A DNA stretch of 64,000 nucleotides from Leptogorgia sarmentosa (taxonomy: Eukaryota). The position numbers were made by a program, and so were the translations under genes. The DNA lies in assembly GCA_964658305.1 (NCBI GenBank), contig OZ210884.1:3224001-3288000 (forward strand), read 5' to 3'. Under the pieces are notes generated by a model that ran no database searches, was not told where the DNA came from, and worked only from the letters and a program-made list of their open reading frames with translations. This document shows, in pieces, positions 1 through 14,270 of the stretch (positions are counted from its first letter, which is position 1; each line of letters begins with the position of its first letter).

Positions 1-3000
1 AATTTTTCTTTTATGTTTTCGTTGAAAAATAAAGTTTTTCCATTTTCATTTCAATGCCAAATCAAGTCTATTGTAGAGAATGACTTAGGTCAATTACTTA
101 AGATTGACACATTAATTATTATAGTTCACCAAACTAAACAATATTTTCAATTTTAGTTCTGCCAACAACACAGATTTCAACAACTGTGACAACATCCAAG
201 ACAGGTAATTTTTCTTTTATGTTTTCGTTGAAAAATAAAGTTTTTCCATTTTCATATCAATGCGAAATGGAGTCTTTTATAGAGAATGTCTTAGGTCAAT
301 TATTTAAGATTGTCAAATTAATTTTTATAGTTCGCAAAACTAAACAACATTTTCAATTTTAGTTCTGCCAACAACACAGATTTCAACAACTGTGACAACA
401 ACCAACACAGGTCATTTCCCTTTTCTGTTTTCATTGAAAAATAAAGATTTTCCATTTCCATATCAACGCGAAATCAAATCGTTTGTGGAGAATGACTTTC
501 GTCAATGATTTTCTATTGTGAAATTATTAATATTTCACGAAACTAAACAATGTTTTCAATTTCAGTTCTGCCAACAACACAGATTTCAACAACTGTTACA
601 ACATCCAAGACAGGTCATTTTTCTTTGATGTTTTCGTTGAAAAATAAAGTTTTTCCATTTCCATATCAATGCGAAATCGAGTCTTTTAAAGAGAATATCT
701 TAGATCAATTATTTAATATTGTCAAATTAAATATTATAGGTCGCAAAACTAAGCAACATTTTCAATTTTAGTTCTGCCAACAACACAGATTTCAACAACT
801 GTGTCAACAACCAAGACAGGTAATTTCTCGTTTATGTTTTCGTTAAAAAATAAAGATTTTCCTTTTCGATATCAATGCGGAATCAAGTCGTTTGTGGAGA
901 ATGACTTTGGTCAATGATTTTCTATTGTAAAATTATTAATATTTCGCGAAACTAAACAATATTTTCAATTTTAGTTCTGCCAACAACAAAGATTTCAACA
1001 ACTGCGACAACACCCGTCCTTGGTAGTTTTCTCATAACTTATTGTTCTAAAAACAACTTTCTCATGCCTTTCATTCCCATACATTTGAATGCCTCATTTT
1101 GTGGGGAGAATACTTGTTATAAACTAGCTATTATGCAAATTATTTATAGATGGCGAAACTAAACAATATTTTCAATTTTAGTTCTGCCAACAACACAGAT
1201 TTCAACAACTGCGACAACATCCAAGACAGGTAATTTTTCTTTTATGTTTTCGTTGAAAAATAAAGTCTTTCCATTTTCATATTAATGTGAAATCAAGTCT
1301 TTTATAGAGAATGTCTTAGGTCAATTATTTAAGATTGTCAAATTAATTATTATATTTCGCAAACCTGAACAACATTTTCAATTTTAGTTCTGCCAACAAC
1401 ACAGATTTCAACAACTGTTACAACATCCAAGACAGGTAATTTTTCTTTTATGTTTTCGTTGAAAAATACCATTTCCATATCAATGCAAAATCAAGTCTTT
1501 TGTAGAGAATGATTTAGGTCAGCGACTTCCTATTGTAAAACTATTAATATATAGCCAAACTAAATAATATTTTCAATTTTAGTTTTGCCAACAACCCAGA
1601 TTTCAACAACTGCGACAACATTCAAGACAGGTAATTTTTCTTTTATGTTTTCGTTGAAAAATAAAGTTTTTCCATTTCCATATCAATGCGAAATCGAGTC
1701 TTTTATATAGAATGTCCTTGGTCAATTATTTAAGATTAGCAAATTAATTATTATATTTCGCAAAACTAAACAACATTTTCAATTTTAGTTCTGCCAACAA
1801 CACGGATTTCAACAACTGCGACAACATCCAAGACAGGTAATTTTTCTTTTATGTTTTCGTTGAAAAATAAAGTTTTTCCATTTTCATATCAATGCGAAAT
1901 GGAGTCTTTTATAGAGAATGTCTTTGGTCAATTATTTAAGACTGTTAAACTAATTATTATAGTTCGCAAAACTAAACAACATTTTCAATTTTAGTTCTGC
2001 CAACAACGCAGATTTCAACAACTGTTACAACATCCAAGACAGGTAATTTTTCTTTTATGTTTTCGTTGAAAAATACCATTTCCATATCAATGCAAAATCA
2101 AGTCTTTTGTAGAGAATGATTTAGGTCAGCCTATTGTAAAACTATTAATATATAGCCAAACGAGATAATATTTTCAATTTTAGTCTTGCCAACAACCGAG
2201 ATTTCAACAACTGCGACAACATTCAAGACAGGTAATTTTTCTTTTATGTTTTCGTTGAAAAATAAAGTTTTTCCATTTCCATATCAATGCGAAATCGAGT
2301 CTTTTATATAGAATGTCTTTGGTCAATTATTTAAGATTAGCAAATTAATTATTATATTTCGCAAAACTAAACAATATTTTCAATTTTAGTTCTGCCAACA
2401 ACACAGATTTCAACAACTGCGACAACATCCAAGACAGGTAATTTTTGTTTTATTTTTTCGTTGAAAAATAAAGTTTTTCCATTTCCATATCAATGCGAAA
2501 TCAAGTCTATTGTAGGGAATGACTAAGGTCAATTACTTAAGATTGACACATTAATTATTATAGTTCGCCAAAGTAAACAATATTTTCAATTTTAGTTCTG
2601 CCAACCACACAGATTTCAACAACTGCGACAACATCCAAGACAGGTAATTTTTTTTTTTATGTTTTCGTTGAAAAATAAAGTTTTTCCATTTTAATATCAA
2701 TGCGAAATCAAGTCTTTTGTACAGAATGTCTTAGGTCAAATATTTAAGATTGTCAAATTAATTATTATAGTTCGCAAAACTGAACAACATTTTCAATTTT
2801 AGTTCTGCTAACAACCCAGATTTCAACAAGTGTTACAACATCCAATACAGGTCATTTTTCTTTTATGTTTTCGTTGAAAAATACCATTTCCACATCAATG
2901 CAAAATCAAGCCTTTTGTAGAGAATGATTTAGGTCAGCGATTTCCTATTGTAAAGCTATTAATATATCGCCAAACTAAACAATATTTTCAATTTTAGTTT

Positions 3001-6000
3001 TGCCAACAACCCAGATTTCAACAACTGCGACAACATCCAAGACAGGTAATTTTTCTTTTATGTTTTTGTTGAAAAATAAAGTTTTTCCATTTTCATATCA
3101 TTGAGAAATGGAGTCTTTTAAAGAGAATGTCTTAGGTCAATTATTTAAGATTGTCAAAATAATTATTATAGTTCGCATAACTAAACAATATTTTCAATTT
3201 TAGTTCTGCCAACAACACAGATTTCAACAACTGCGACAACATCCAAGACAGGTAATTTTTCTTTTATGTTTTCGTTGAAAAATAAAGTTTTTCCATTTCC
3301 ATTTCAATGCCAAATCAAGTCTATTGTAGAGAATGACTTAGGTCAATTACTTAAGATTGACACATTAATTATTATAGTTCGCCAAACTAAACAATATTTT
3401 CAATTTTAGTTCTGCCAACAACACAGACTTCAACAACTGTGACAACATCCAAGACAGGTAATTTTTATATTATGTTTTCGTTGAAAAATAAAGTTTTTCC
3501 ATTTTCATATCAATTCGAATTGGAGTCTTTTATAGAGAATGTCTTAGGTCAATTATTTAAGATTGTCAAATGAATTTTTATAGTTCGCAAAACTAAACAA
3601 CATTTTCAATTTTAGTTCTGCCAACAACACAGATTTCAACAACTGTGACAACAACCAACACAGGTCATTTCCCTTTTCTGTTTTCGTTGAAAAATAAAGA
3701 TTTTCCATTTACATATCAACGCGAAATCAAGTCGTTTGTGGAGAATGACTTTCGTCAATGATTTTCTATTGTGAAATTATTAATATTGCACGAAACTAAA
3801 CAATATTTTCAATTTTAGTTCTGCCAACAACACAGATTTCAACAACTGCGACAACAACCGTCCTTGGTAGTTTTCCTTTAACTTATTGTTCTAAAAACAA
3901 CTTTCTCATGCATTTCATTCCCATACATTTGAATGCTTCATTTTGCGGGGAGAATACTTGTTATAAACTAGCTATTGTGCAAATTATTTATAGATGACGA
4001 AACTAAACAATCTTTTCAATTTTAGGTATGGCAACAACACAAATTTCAACAACTGTAACAACATCCAAGACAGGTAATTTTTGTTTTATTTTTTCGTTGA
4101 AAAATAAAGTTTTTCCATTTCCATATCAATGCGAAATCAAGTCTATTGTAGGGAATGACTTAGGTCAATTACTTAAGACTGACACATTAATTATTATAGT
4201 TCGCCAAACTAAACAATATTTTCAATTTTAGTTCTGCCAACAACACAGACTTCAACAACTGTGACAACATCCAAGACAGGTAATTTTTATATTATGTTTT
4301 CGTTGAAAAATAAAGTTTTTCCATTTTCATATCAATTCGCATTGGAGTCTTTTATAGAGAATGTCTTAGGTCAATTATTTAAGATTTTCAAATTAATTTT
4401 TATAGTTCGCAAAACTAAACAACGTTTTCAATTTTAGTTCTGCCAACAACACAGATTTCAACAACTGTGACAACAACCAACACAGGTCATTTCCCTTTTC
4501 TGTTTTCGTTGAAAAATAAAGATTTTCCATTTACATATCAACGCGAAATCAAGTCGTTTGTGGAGAATGACTTTCGTCAATGATTTTCTATTGTGAAATT
4601 ATTAATATTGCACGAAACTAAACAATATTTTCAATTTTAGTTCTGCCAACAACACAGATTTCAACAACTGCGACAACAACCGTCCTTGGTAGTTTTCCTT
4701 TAACTTATTGTTCTAAAAACAACTTTCTCATGCATTTCATTCCCATACATTTGAATGCTTCATTTTGCGGGGAGAATACTTGTTATAAACTAGCTATTGT
4801 GCAAATTATTTATAGATGACGAAACTAAACAATATTTTCAATTTTAGGTATGGCAACAACACAAATTTCAACAACTGTAACAACATCCAAGACAGGTAAT
4901 TTTTGTTTTATTTTTTCGTTGAAAAATAAAGTTTTTCCATTTCCATATCAATGCGAAATCAAGTCTATTGTAGGGAATGACTTAGGTCAATTACTTAAGA
5001 CTGACACATTAATTATTATAGTTCGCCAAACTAAATAATATTTTCAATTTTAGTTCTGCCAACAACACAGATTTCAACAACTGCGACAACATCCAAGACA
5101 GGTAATTTTTCTTTTATGTTTTCGTTGAAAAATAAGGTTTTTCCATTTTCATATCAATGCGAAATCAAGTCTATTGTAGGGAATGACTTAGGTCAATTAC
5201 TTAAGATTGACACATTAATTATTATAGTTCGCCAAACTAAACAATATTTTCAATTTTAGTTCTGCCAACAACACAGATTTCAACAACTGCGACAACATCC
5301 AAGACAGGTAATTTTTTTTTTATGTTTTCGTTGAAAAATAAAGTTTTTCAATTTTAATATCAATGCGAAATCAAGTCTTTTGTACAGAATGACTTAGGTC
5401 AAATATTTAAGATTGTCAAATTAATTATTATAGTTCGCAAAACTGAACAACATTTTCAATTTTAGTTCTGCTAACAACCCAGATTTCAACAAGTGTTACA
5501 ACATCCAATACAGGTCATTTTTCTTTTATGTTTTCGTTGAAAAATACCATTTCCATATCAATGCAAAGTCAAGCCTTTTGTAGAGAATGATTTAGGTCAG
5601 CGATTTCCTATTGTAAAAGTATTAATATATCGCAAAACTAAAAAATATTTTCAAATTTAGTTTTGCCAACAACCCAGATTTCAACAACTGCGACAACATT
5701 CAAGTCAGGTAATTTTTCTTTTATGTTTTAGCTGAAAAATAAAGTTTTTCCATTTTCATATCAATGCGAAATGGATCTTTTATAGAGAATGTCTTAGATC
5801 AATTATTTAAGATTGTCAAATTAATTGTTATAGTTCGCAAAACTAAACAACATTTTCAATTTTAGTTCTGCCAACAACACGGATTTCAACAACTGCGACA
5901 ACATCCAAGACAGGTAATTTTTCTTTTATGTTTTCGTTGAAAAATAAAGATTTTCCATTTTCATATCAATGCGAAATGGAGTCTTTTATAGAGAATGACT

Positions 6001-9000
6001 TAGGTCAAATATTTAAGATTGTCAAATTAATTATTATAGTTCGCAAAACTAAACAACATTTTCAATTTTAGTTCTGCCAACAACACAGATTTCAACAACT
6101 GTTACAACATCCAAGACAGGTAATTTTTCTTTTATGTTTTGGTTGAAAAATACTATTTCCATATCAATGCAAAATCAAGTCTTTTGTACAGAATGACTTA
6201 GGTCAAATATTTAAGATTGTCAAATTAATTATTATAGTTCGCAAAACTGAACAACATTTTCAATTTTAGTTCTGCTAACAACCCAGATTTCAACAAGTGT
6301 TACAACATCCAATACAGGTCATTTTTCTTTTATGTTTTCGTTGAAAAATACCATTTCCATATCAATGCAAAATCAAGCCTTTTGTAGAGAATGATTTAGG
6401 TCAGCGATTTCCTATTGTAAAACTATTAATATATCGCCAAACTAAACAATATTTTCAATTTTAGTTTTGCCAACAACCCAGATTTCAACAACTGCGACAA
6501 CATTCAAGTCAGGTAATTTTTTTTTTATGTTTTCGCTGAAAAATAAAGTTTTTCCATGTTCATATCAATGCGAAATGGATCTTTTATAGAGAATGTCTTA
6601 GATCAATTATTTAAGATTGTCAAATTAATTGTTATAGTTCGCAAAACTAAACAACATTTTCAATTTTAGTTCTGCCAACAACGCAGATTTCAACAACTGC
6701 GACAACATCCAAGACAGGTAATTTTTCTTTTATGTTTTCGTTGAAAAATAAAGTTTTTCCATTTTCATATCATTGAGAAATGGAGTCTTTTATAGAGAAT
6801 GTCTTAGGTCAATTATTTAAGATTGTCAAAATAATTATTATAGTTCGCATAACTAAACAATATTTTCAATTTTAGTTCTGCCAACAACACAGATTTCAAC
6901 AACTGCGACAACATCCAAGACAGGTAATTTTTCTTTTATGTTTTCGTTGAAAAATAAAGATTTTCCATTTCCATATCAACGCGAAATCAAGTCGTTTGTG
7001 GAGAATGACTTTCGTCAATGATTTTCTATTGTGAAATTATTGATATTGCACGAAACTAAACAATATTTTCAATTTTAGTTCTGCCAACAACACAGATTTC
7101 AACAACTGCGACAACAACCGTCCTTGGTAGTTTTCCTTTAACTTATTGTTCTAAAAACAACTTTCTCATGCATTTCATTCCCATACATTTGAATGCTTCA
7201 TTTTGCGGGGAGAATACTTGTTATAAACTAGCTATTGTGCAAATTATTTATAGATGACGAAACTAAACAATATTTTCAATTGTAGGTATGGCAACAACAC
7301 AAATTTCAACAACTGTAACAACATCCAAGACAGGTAATTTTTGTTTTATTTTTTCGTTGAAAAATAAAGTTTTTCCATTTCCATATCAATGCGAAATCAA
7401 GTCTATTGTAGGGAATGACTTAGGTCAATTACTTAAGATTGACACATTAATTATTATAGTTCGCCAAACTAAACAATATTTTCAATTTTAGTTCTGCCAA
7501 CAACACAGATTTCAACAACTGCGACAACATCCAAGACAGGTAATTTTTTTTTTTATGTTTTCGTTGAAAAATAAAGTTTTTCCATTTTAATATCAATGCG
7601 AAATCAAGTCTTTTGTGCAGAATGACTTAGGTCAAATATTTAAGATTGTCAAATTAATTATTATAGTTCGCAAAACTGAACAACATTTTCAATTTTAGTT
7701 CTGCTAACAACCCAGATTTCAACAAGTGTTACAACATCCAATACAGGTCATTTTTTTTTTATGTTTTCGTTGAAAAATACCATATCCATATCAATGCAAA
7801 ATCAAGCCTTTTGTAGAGAATGATTTAGGTCAGCGATTTCCTATTGTAAAACTATTAATATATCGCCAAACTAAACAATATTTTCAATTTTAGTTTTGCC
7901 AACAACCCAGATTTCAACAACTGCGACAACATTTAAGTCAGGTAATTTTTCTTTTATGTTTTCGCTGAAAAATAAAGTTTTTCAATTTTCATATCAATGC
8001 GAAATGGATCTTTTATAGAGAATGTCTTAGATCAATTATTTAAGATTGTCAAATTAATTGTTATAGTTCACAAAACTAAACAACATTTTCAATTTTAGTT
8101 CTGCCAACAACACAGATTTCAACAACTGCGACAACATCCAAGACAGGTAATTTTTCTTTTATGTTTTCGTTGAAAAATAAAGTTTTTCCATTTTCATATC
8201 AATGCCAAATCAAGTCTATTGTAGAGAATGACTTAGGTCAATTACTTAAGATTGACACATTAATTATTATAGTTCGCCAAACTAAACAATATTTTCAATT
8301 TTAGTTATGCCAACAACACAGATTTCAACAACTGTGACAACATCCAAGACAGGTAATTTTTCTTTTATGTTTTCGTTGAAAAATAAAGTTTTTCCATTTT
8401 CATAGCAATTTGAAATGGAGTCTTTTATAGAGAATGTCTTAGGTCAATTATTTAAGATTGTCAAATTAATTTTTATAGTTCGCAAAACTAAACAACATTT
8501 TCAATTTTAGTTCTGCCAAAAACACAGATTTCAACAACTGTGACAACAACCAACACAGGTCATTTCCCTTTTCTGTTTTCGTTAAAAAATAAAGATTTTC
8601 CTTTTCGATATCAATGCGGAATCAAGTCGTTTGTGGAGAATGACTTTGGTCAATGATTTTCTATTGTAAAATTATTAATATTTCGCGAAACTAAACAATA
8701 TTTTCATTTTTAGTTCTGCCAACAACAAAGATTTCAACAACTGCGACAACACCCGTCCTTGGTAGTTTTCTCATAACTTATTTATCTAAAAACAACTTTC
8801 TCATGCCTTTCATTCCCATACATTTGAATGCCTCATTTTGTGGGGAGAATACTTGTTATCAACTAGCTATTGTGCAAATTATTTATAGATGGCGAAACTA
8901 AACAATATTTTCAATTTTAGTTCTGCCAACAACACAGATTTCAACAACTGCGACAACATCCAAGACAGGTAATTTTTCTTTTATGTTTTCGTTGAAACAT

Positions 9001-12000
9001 AAAGTCTTTCCATTTTCATATCAATGCGAAATCAAGTCTTTTATAGAGAATGTCTTAGGTCAATTATTTAAGATTGTCAAATTAATTATTATATTTCGCA
9101 AACCTGAACAACATTTTCAATTTTAGTTCTGCCAACAACACAGATTTCAACAACTGCTACAACATCCAAGACAGGTAATTTTTCTTTTATGTTTTCGTTG
9201 AAAAATAAGGTTTTTCCATTTCCATATCAATGCAAAATCAAGTCTTTTGTAGAGAATGATTTAGGTCAGCGACTTCCTATTGTAAAACTATTAATATATA
9301 GCCAAACTAAATAATATTTTCAATTTTAGTTTTGCCAACAACCCAGATTTCAACAACTGCGACAACATTCAAGACAGGTAAATTTTCTTTTATGTTTTCG
9401 TTGAAAAATAAAGTTTTTCCATTTCCATATCAATGCGAAATCGAGTCTTTTATATAGAATGTCCTTGGTCAATTATTTAAGATTAGCAAATTAATTATTA
9501 TAGTTCGCATAACTAAACAATATTTTCAATTTTAGTTCTGCCAACAACGCAGATTTCAACAACTGTTACAACATCCAAGACAGGTAATTTTTCTTTTATG
9601 TTTTGGTTGAAAAATACCATTTCCATATCAATGCAAAATCAAGTCTTTTGTAGAGAATGATTTAGGTCAGCGACTGCCTATTGTAAAACTATTAATATAT
9701 AGCAAAACGAAATAATATTTTCAATTTTAGTCTTGCCAACAACCCAGATTTCAACAACTGCGACAACATTCAAGACAGGTATTTTTTCTTTTATGTTTTC
9801 GTTGAAAAATAAAGTTTTTCTATGTTCATATCAATGCGAAATGGATCTTTTATAGAGAATGTCTTAGATCAATTATTTAAGATTGTCAAATTAATTGTTA
9901 TATTTCGCAAAACTAAACAACATTTTCAATTTTAGTTCTGCCAACAACGCAGATTTCAACAACTACGACAACATCCAAGACAGGTAATTTTTCTTTTATG
10001 TTTTCTTTGAAAAATAAAGTTTTTCCATTTTCATATCATTGAGAAATAGAGTCTTTTATAGAGAATGTCTTAGGTCAATTATTTAAGATTGTCAAATTAA
10101 TTATTATAGTTCGCATAACTAAACAATATTTTCAATTTTAGTTCTGCCAACAAGACAGATTTCAACAACTGCGACAACATCCAAGACAGGTAATTTTTCT
10201 TTTATGTTTTCGTTGAAAAATAAAGTTTTTCCATTTTCATATCATTGAGAAATGGAGTCTTTTAAAGAGAATGTCTTAGGTCAATTATTTAAGATTGTCA
10301 AATTAATTATTATATTTCGCGAAACTAAACAATATTTTCAATTTTAGTTCTGCCAACAACAAAGATTTCAACAACTGCGACAACACCCGTCCTTGGTAGT
10401 TTTCTCATAACTTATTGTTCAAAAACAACTTTCTAATGCCTTTCATTCCCATACATTTGAATGCCTCATTTTGTGGGGAGAATACTTGTTATAAACTAGC
10501 TATTGTGCAAATTATTTATAGATGGCGAAACTAAATAATATTTTCAATTTTAGTTCTGCCAACAACACAGATTTCAACAACTGCGACAACATCCAAGACA
10601 GGTAATTTTTCTTTTATGTTTTCGTTGAAAAATAAAGTTTTTCCATTTTCATATCAATGCCAAATCAAGTCTATTGTAGAGAATGACTTAGGTCAATTAC
10701 TTAAGATTGACACATTAATTATTATAGTTCGCCAAACTAAACAATATTTTCAATTTTAGTTCTGCCAACAACACAGATTTCAACAACTGCGACAACATCC
10801 AAGACAGGTAATTTTTCTTTTATGTTTTCGTTGAAAAATAATTAGTCTTTCCATTTAAATATCAATGCGAAATCAAGTCTTTTATAGAGAATGTCTTTGG
10901 TCAATTATTTAAGATTGTCAAATTAATTATTATATTTCGCAAACCTGAACAACATTTTCAATTTTAGTTCTGCCAACAACACAGATTTCAACAACTGTTA
11001 CAACATCCAAGACAGGTAATTTTTCTTTTATGTTTTCGTTGAAAAATACCATTTTCCTTATCAATGCAAAATCAAGTCTTTTGTAGAGAATGATTTAGGT
11101 CAGCGACTTCCTATTGTAAAACTATTAATATATAGCCAAACTAAATAATATTTTCAATTTTAGTTTTGCCAACAACCCAGATTTCAACAACTGCGACAAC
11201 ATTCAAGACAGGTAATTTTTCTTTTAGGTTTTCGTTGAAAAATAAAGTTTTTCCATTTCCATATCAATGCGAAATCGAGTCTTTTATATAGAAAGTCCTT
11301 GGTCAATTATTTAAGATTAGCAAATTAATTATTATAGTTCGCATAACTAAACAATATTTTCAATTTTAGTTCTGCCAACAACGCAGATTTCAACAACTGT
11401 TACAACATCCAAGACAGGTAATTTTTCTTTTATGTTTTGGTTGAAAAATACCATTTCCATATCAATGCAAAATCAAGTCTTTTGTAGAGAATGATTTAGG
11501 TCAGCGACTGCCTATTGTAAAACTATTAATATATAGCAAAACGAAATAATATTTTCAATTTTAGTCTTGCCAACAACCCAGATTTCAACAACTGCGACAA
11601 CATTCAAGACAGGTATTTTTCTTTTATGTTTTCGTTGAAAAATAAAGATTTTCCATTTTCATATCAATGCAAAATCGAGTTTTTTATAGAGAAAGTCTTA
11701 GGTCAATTATTTAAGATTGTCAAATTTATTATTATGGTTGGCAAAACTGAACAACATTTTCAATTTAGTTCTGCCAACAACCCAGATTTCAACAACTGTG
11801 ACAACACCCGACCTTGGTAGTTTTCTTATAATTTTTTGTTCTAAAAACAAGTTTCTCATGCATTTTATTCCCATACATTTGAGTTCTTCTTTTATTGGGG
11901 AGACTATCTTTTATAAACTAGCTATTGACAAATTATTTATAGATGGCGAAACTAAGCATGCAGTATTTTCAATCTTAGATCTGGCAACAGCACAGATTTC

Positions 12001-14270
12001 AACAACGGCTACAACAACCAAGCAAGGTAATTTTCCTTTGAGGTCTTGGATGGAAAATAAAGTTTTTCCATTTCCATATTTATATCAATGCGAAATCAAG
12101 TCTTTTGTACCGAATGGCTTAGGTCAATGATTTTCTATATTGCAAAAATATTAATATTTCGCCAAACTAAACAATATTTTCTATTTTAGTTCTGCCAACA
12201 ACACAGATTTCAACAACTGTGACAACACCCGACCTTGGTAGTTTTCTTCTAATTTTTTGTTCTAAATACAAGTTTCTCATGCCTTTTATTCCGATGCATT
12301 TGAGTGCTTCATTTTGTGGGGAGACTATCTTTTATAAACTAGCTATTGACAAATTATTTATAGATGGCGAAACTAAACAGTATTTTCAATTTTAGATCTG
12401 GCAACAGCACAGATTTCAACAACAGCTACTACAACCAAGCAAGGTAATTTTCCTTTTAGGTCTTCGATGAAAAATAAAGTTTTTCCATTTCCATATCAAT
12501 GCGAAATCAAGTCTTTTGTAGAGACTGACTTAGGTCAATGATTTTCTATTGTAAAATTATTAATATTTCGCCAAACTAAACAATATTTTCAATTTTAGTT
12601 CTGGCAACAACACAGATTTCAACAACTGTGACAACACCTGACCTAGGTAGTTTTCTTATATTTTTTGTTCTAAAAACAAGTTTCTCATGCATTTTATTCC
12701 CATACATTTGACTGCTTCATTTTGTGGGGAGACTATCTTTTGTAAACTAGCTATTGACAAATTATTTATAGATGGCGTAACTAAACAGTATTTTCAATTT
12801 TAGATCTGGCAACAGCACAGATTTCAACAACTGCGACAACTGCCAAGCAAGGTAATTTTTCTTTTAGGTCTTCGTTGAAAAATAAAGTTTTTCGATTGCA
12901 TATCAATGCGAAATGATATCTTTTATAGACAATGACTTAAGTAAAATATTTAATATTGTCAAATTATTTATATTTCACGAAACTAAACAATATTTTCAAT
13001 TTTAGTTCTGCCAACAACACAGATTTCAACAACTGTGACAACACCCGATCTTGGTAGTTTTCTTATAATTTCGTATTCTAAAAACAAGTTTCTGGTGCAT
13101 TTTATTTGCTTACTTTGAATGCTTCATTTTGCGGGGAGACTATCTTTTATAAACTAGCTATTGAGAAATTATTTATAGTTCGCGCGAAACTAAACAATAT
13201 TTTCAATCTTAGATCTGGCAACAAAACAGATTTCAACAACAGCTACAACAACCAAGCAAGGTATTTTTTCTTTTAGGTCTTCGTTGAAAAATAATGTTTT
13301 TCCATTTTAATATCAATGCGAAATCAAATCTTTTATAGAAAATGAATTAGGTCAATTTTTTGATATTCTCAAATTATTTATAGTTGGCGAAACTAAACAA
13401 TATTTTCAATTTTGGTTGTGCCAATAACTCCAATTTAAACTACTGTGACAAGTATACCGAACTATGTACTAAATTTTGTTATAATTTGTTGTACTAAAAA
13501 CCAGTTTTTTGCATTTTTTCCCGTTTTTTGTGCATGGCGACAATCTTTTATAATCTGGCTATTCTTTAATATTTCTTTGGGAGGAAATGGGTCGATAATG
13601 ACAGATCGCTGGAGAATAGCAGATCAGTCGCACATTAACACAAAAACAAGTCTTTAATATAGAGTCTTGTTTGATTTTATTATGTAATATGGTAATATAC
13701 TTTCAATTTTAGTGTTTCCAAGAACACCAACTTCAATAACTGTGAAAACAACCGAGCGAGGTAATTTTTTATTATTTCGTTGGAAATTGAAGTTTCCAGG
13801 TTCATATCAAAAAATTATTTGAAAGTTCGGGAAACTGAAGAGCATTTTAAATTTTTGTTTGTGCCAAAATCACCGATTTCTCCAACAGTGACAACAACCA
13901 AGCTTGGAAATTATTTCTTATAACTTGATGTTTTAAAAAACAAGTTTCTGGTACATTTTATTCGGTTACATTTGAATGTTTCATTTCTTGCGGAAACAAT
14001 GTTTCATAAATTAGCTATTCCAATATTATTTCTTTGGCTGTAAAATCATGTCCATAATGATTGATCGCTGGAAATTGGAAGATCAGTCGCCCATCAACAC
14101 AACAAGTCTTTAATAGCATCTATTTGATTTGATTTAGAATATAGCTAGTGAAATTATCTATAGGTCGGAGGACTAAACCATATTATTTGCAATCTTAGTT
14201 CTGGCAACAACACCAAATTCAACAGCAGTCACAACAACCAAGCAAGGTAATTTTTTTCAATTTCGCTGTA
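1..14270 (+). repeat. Tandem array of ~195-210-bp exon+intron units (about 69 units counted by eye; continues upstream of the window)
   Basis: The motif ttttcaattttag-TTCTGCCAACAACACAGATTTCAACAACTGYGACAACATCCAAGACAG-gtaatttttc recurs every ~205 bp (exon starts 157, 363, 566, 772, 975 ... 13213, 13713, 14199). Units become more diverged after ~11.7 kb. Confidence 0.97.

Noticed and set aside
550..12130. Short + strand ORFs in the array (550, 4028, 4850, 7288, 11626, 11717)
   Set aside because: They are read-throughs from micro-exons into intron sequence, not independent genes.
1..14270. CRISPR-like or plain non-coding satellite interpretation of the array
   Set aside because: The spacers are homologous to each other, there are no cas genes, the context is eukaryotic, and the conserved part is bounded by splice sites.
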